Made by a program: the position numbers and the translations under genes. A model generated the notes under the pieces. The model was not told the origin of the DNA. It was given only the letters and a program-made list of their open reading frames with translations, and did not search any database. Of a DNA stretch of 64,000 bases, positions 61,491-64,000 are shown in pieces. The stretch covers positions 540 through 64,539 of the forward strand of contig CAVZZS010000002.1 in the NCBI GenBank assembly GCA_963779925.1, written 5' to 3'. The stretch's first letter is position 1. The number at the start of each line of letters is the position of its first letter. The DNA is from an uncultured Nanoarchaeota archaeon. Lineage in GTDB: Archaea; Nanobdellota; Nanobdellia; Pacearchaeales; GW2011-AR1.

Positions 61491-62297
61491 ATGATAGTAA
61501 AGGATGAATTTTTAGGACGATTAAGGAAGATTTTTGATTTGAATCTTTATGAGGTGAAAGTCTGGACGGCAATATTATCGAGGGGAAACAGCACTGCCGG
61601 CGAATTAAGCAATATTTCTGGAGTTCCAAGAAGCAGGACATATGATATTCTTGAAAGCCTCGAAAAAAAAGGCTTTATCGTCATGAAGCTTGGAAAGCCG
61701 ATAAAATTTGTCGCTATAAAACCTGATGAAGTTGTTGAAAGAGTAAAGAGAAATTTGACAACACATACAAAGGAGAAATTGGAAAGGCTCGAAACACTCA
61801 GGGATGATGAGGTCCTCGGAGAGCTTAATAATCTATTTACAAAGGGCGTTAAATTTGTTGAACCATCAGAATTATCCGGAAGCTTGAGGGGAAGAGAAAA
61901 TCTCTACAATCAGCTGGATATGATGGTAAGGGGAGCCGAGAAGAGCATTGTAATTGTCACAACGCATGAAGGAATCAACAGAAAAATGGAAGCATTGATG
62001 CCAAGCCTTGAAAAAGCCAAGAAAAGGGGAGTATCCATCAAAGTCGCTGCGCCTATAGACAATAATAACATTGCCGTTGCAAAAGAATTCAAGAAAGTAG
62101 CAGAAGTAAGGAGTCTGGATAAACTAAGAGCAAGATTTGTAATAATTGATTCCAATCAGCTTATGTTCATGCTTCTTGATGATGAAAAATTCCATCCAAG
62201 CTATGATATCGGAATTTGGATTAATACAGAATTTTTCGCTCAAGCACTGGAACAATTTTTTGAGCTTGCCTGGAAAGACCTAAAGCCAGTAAAGTAG
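61491..62297 (+). CDS. TrmB-family transcriptional regulator
   Basis: LNLYEVKVWTAILSRGNSTAGELSNISGVPRSRTYDILESLEKKGFIV is the TrmB winged-helix N-terminus. 268 aa. Confidence 0.8.
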   Translation: MIVKDEFLGRLRKIFDLNLYEVKVWTAILSRGNSTAGELSNISGVPRSRTYDILESLEKKGFIVMKLGKPIKFVAIKPDEVVERVKRNLTTHTKEKLERLETLRDDEVLGELNNLFTKGVKFVEPSELSGSLRGRENLYNQLDMMVRGAEKSIVIVTTHEGINRKMEALMPSLEKAKKRGVSIKVAAPIDNNNIAVAKEFKKVAEVRSLDKLRARFVIIDSNQLMFMLLDDEKFHPSYDIGIWINTEFFAQALEQFFELAWKDLKPVK

Positions 62298-62369
62298 AAG
62301 AACTATTCTAAAAAGATTTTACCCCACGACCTATTATTTTAAATTAAAAAATAAAAATAATTTCGCTTC

Positions 62370-62594
62370 TTATTTGCTGAATATCGCTATAATTATCCCT
62401 ACAAGAGTAATTACAACTATAATCCAACCAACAATCATGGAGGCCATAGCTCCACCAAGCCAGTTTGGAAGAAGCAAATTTTCTCCTATCATTGCAAAAC
62501 CAACTGCAAGGGAAACTAATATTCCTGTCAGCCATTCAGCAAAGTTTAGGAAAACTTTCATCGGATGAACTCTCGAAGATCTTGTTCTTGGCAT
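62370..62594 (-). CDS. Small membrane protein (74 aa)
   Basis: Two TM helices. GGAGGT Shine-Dalgarno motif 4-5 nt upstream of the ATG. Confidence 0.45.
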   Translation of the reverse strand: MPRTRSSRVHPMKVFLNFAEWLTGILVSLAVGFAMIGENLLLPNWLGGAMASMIVGWIIVVITLVGIIIAIFSK

Positions 62595-62646
62595 TTTTAC
62601 CTCCTTTTATTCTAATATATATAATGCAATATATTTAATAATTTTT

Positions 62647-64000
62647 CTACATCTCTTCAATTACATCTATCCCCAAAAGAGACAATGAATTTTTCAAAAC
62701 CTGCCTGAATGATTCTACCAAGGATATCCTAAAACCTTCTTTCTTTGAATGGACAACAGGACATTCATGATAGAATTCGTTGAATATCTGCGCAAGCTGG
62801 TAAGAATAGTTTGCGAGAACTGACGGGCTCAAATCATCAAAAGATTTTTTCACGACATCTTCAAACTCAGACATTTTCTTCATGAGTTCAATCTCTTTTT
62901 TATCCATATGCTTTGAATCCGGATTTGCCTTCTTCTTTGATTTTTTCATAATCGAACCTGCTCTTGCATAGCTATAAAGAATATATGGTCCGGAGTTCCC
63001 TTCAAAATTCAGCGATTCTTTTATGTCGAAGATTATATTTTTTTGTTCTCCCTGCTTAAGCATATAATATTTTATCGCAGCTATTGAAATTTTTAGCGCC
63101 CGATCTTCCAGGGCTTCTTTTTTTATTTTGGGGAATCTTTTTTTTATCTCTTTTTTTGCATGCGACGTTATTTGCTTCAGGAAATCCGAGTAGAGGATAT
63201 TCTGTCCTGTTCTTGAAGACATCTTTCCTGTCGGCAGCCTAATCGTCCCATAAGAAACATGCATTAACTGGGATGAATGTTTAGATCTCATCAGTTCAAG
63301 AGTTTTAACCAGCTGGTTAAAATGCAAGTCCTGCTCATTTGCAATTACATAAATTGACTTTTCCAAATTCAGATAATCCGTGAATTTTTTTTCAGCCAAT
63401 GCCAAATCTTTTGCCGAATAGAGGATTGTCCCGTCTTTTCTGAGCAAGACCCAGACGCCAAGATTATATTTGTTCAAATCCATTATTATTGCACCTTCAC
63501 TTTTTTCTGCAATCTTATGCTTCAGCAGTGATTGAACAATCTCCTGCCCGCTCTTTTCCATGTCCTTCTCAAAATATTTTACATCAAAATGTGTATTAAG
63601 CTGGGAATAAATTCTTTCAAAAGATTTTAAGCTTAGTTCTCTGGTTTTTTTCCAGAGCTCGGTCAGCTCTTTATCGCCCGATTCTAATTTTTGGTTTATA
63701 ATATCAACTTCTCCCTGAAATTTCTTATTTTCTTCCAAGTGATTTACGGCATCTACATATATTGATGCAATCCATGATTCATCATCCCTCAATTTTTCTT
63801 TGAAATGGAATTTGCTATAACACCATATCCATTTTGCAACGTGCATTCCGCTATCGCCCTGATAATCTGCCCTTATTACATTATTCCCGCAAAATTCCAG
63901 AATTCTTGAGATGCTTTCTCCGATCGAAGTTCCCCTTATATGGCCGACATGAAATGCCTTATGTGTATTTGCCTGTGAGAATTCTACCATTACTTTCTTC
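62647..64000 (-). CDS. argS: Arginyl-tRNA synthetase, 5'-truncated by the window edge
   Basis: VEFSQANTHKAFHVGHIRGTSIGESI (HIGH region, eukaryote/archaeal-like ArgRS). DALR-type C-terminal domain ending in ...IEEM. The frame stays open to nt 64000. Confidence 0.85.
   Translation of the reverse strand, partial: KKVMVEFSQANTHKAFHVGHIRGTSIGESISRILEFCGNNVIRADYQGDSGMHVAKWIWCYSKFHFKEKLRDDESWIASIYVDAVNHLEENKKFQGEVDIINQKLESGDKELTELWKKTRELSLKSFERIYSQLNTHFDVKYFEKDMEKSGQEIVQSLLKHKIAEKSEGAIIMDLNKYNLGVWVLLRKDGTILYSAKDLALAEKKFTDYLNLEKSIYVIANEQDLHFNQLVKTLELMRSKHSSQLMHVSYGTIRLPTGKMSSRTGQNILYSDFLKQITSHAKKEIKKRFPKIKKEALEDRALKISIAAIKYYMLKQGEQKNIIFDIKESLNFEGNSGPYILYSYARAGSIMKKSKKKANPDSKHMDKKEIELMKKMSEFEDVVKKSFDDLSPSVLANYSYQLAQIFNEFYHECPVVHSKKEGFRISLVESFRQVLKNSLSLLGIDVIEEM

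Noticed and set aside
1-64000. A CRISPR array, rRNA genes, transposases or integrases, or a prophage.
   Set aside because: No spaced identical repeats, no rRNA-like conserved stretches, and no DDE, tyrosine- or serine-recombinase-like ORFs were seen. All long ORFs are accounted for by other calls.
1-64000. Chimeric contig (bacterial contamination) as the explanation for GGDEF, NrdR, the OMP-like gene, MgtA/C and the others.
   Set aside because: The bacterial-type genes are single insertions flanked on both sides by archaeal core genes. They carry the same archaeal TATA-octamer spacing. This cannot be fully excluded without read-level data.

Overview
This is an AT-rich, very gene-dense stretch of an archaeal chromosome. 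The gene content and reduced protein sizes suggest a small-genome, DPANN-like lineage. That lineage call is inferred from gene content only.

The backbone is archaeal information processing:
- Ribosomal proteins eL33 (L35Ae), uL16 (L10e), eS24, eS31 (S27ae), uS12 and uS7.
- Transcription genes rpo7 and spt4.
- The conserved supercluster rpoH-rpoB-rpoA-nusA-S12-S7-EF2-EF1alpha.
- dnaG, RNase HII, scpA and an SMC-like ATPase.
- Aminoacyl-tRNA synthetases for His, Ile, Arg and a broken Glu enzyme.
- Diphthamide genes dph5 and dph6.
- Five tRNAs: His-GTG, Trp-CCA, Lys-TTT, Met-CAT and Ser-GCT.

Bacterial-flavoured accessory genes are interleaved with this backbone:
- nrdR-nrdJ-nudix-trx.
- A GGDEF diguanylate cyclase.
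- mgtA and mgtC.
- A SIMPL/DUF541 protein and a DUF3175 protein.
- A C39-like peptidase next to an ATP-grasp ligase.
- An OMP-like beta-barrel candidate.

There are also several surface proteins and lineage-specific ORFs. I found no rRNA, CRISPR array, transposase or integrase.

The observations I rate highest:
1. The SMC-family ATPase has no hinge. It carries a Rad50-type CPVC zinc hook exactly at its midpoint.
2. rpoA reads straight through the canonical archaeal A'/A'' split point and is instead interrupted about 80 codons later by a frame change.
3. An intact GGDEF enzyme with an I-site sits behind an archaeal-type promoter.
4. An A/T-rich TATA octamer lies 22-29 nt upstream of about 30 start codons. 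This implies leaderless mRNAs and helps re-assign starts.
5. Several tRNAs are non-canonical: C55 in two of them, acceptor-stem mismatches in tRNA-His, and C33 plus a bulged T-stem in an initiator-like tRNA-Met.
6. Three conserved genes carry frame disruptions: the TIM-barrel gene, gltX and rpoA.
7. An operon of unknown function sits at 3.8-7.9 kb.

All product calls rest on motifs I recognised by eye. No database search was run.
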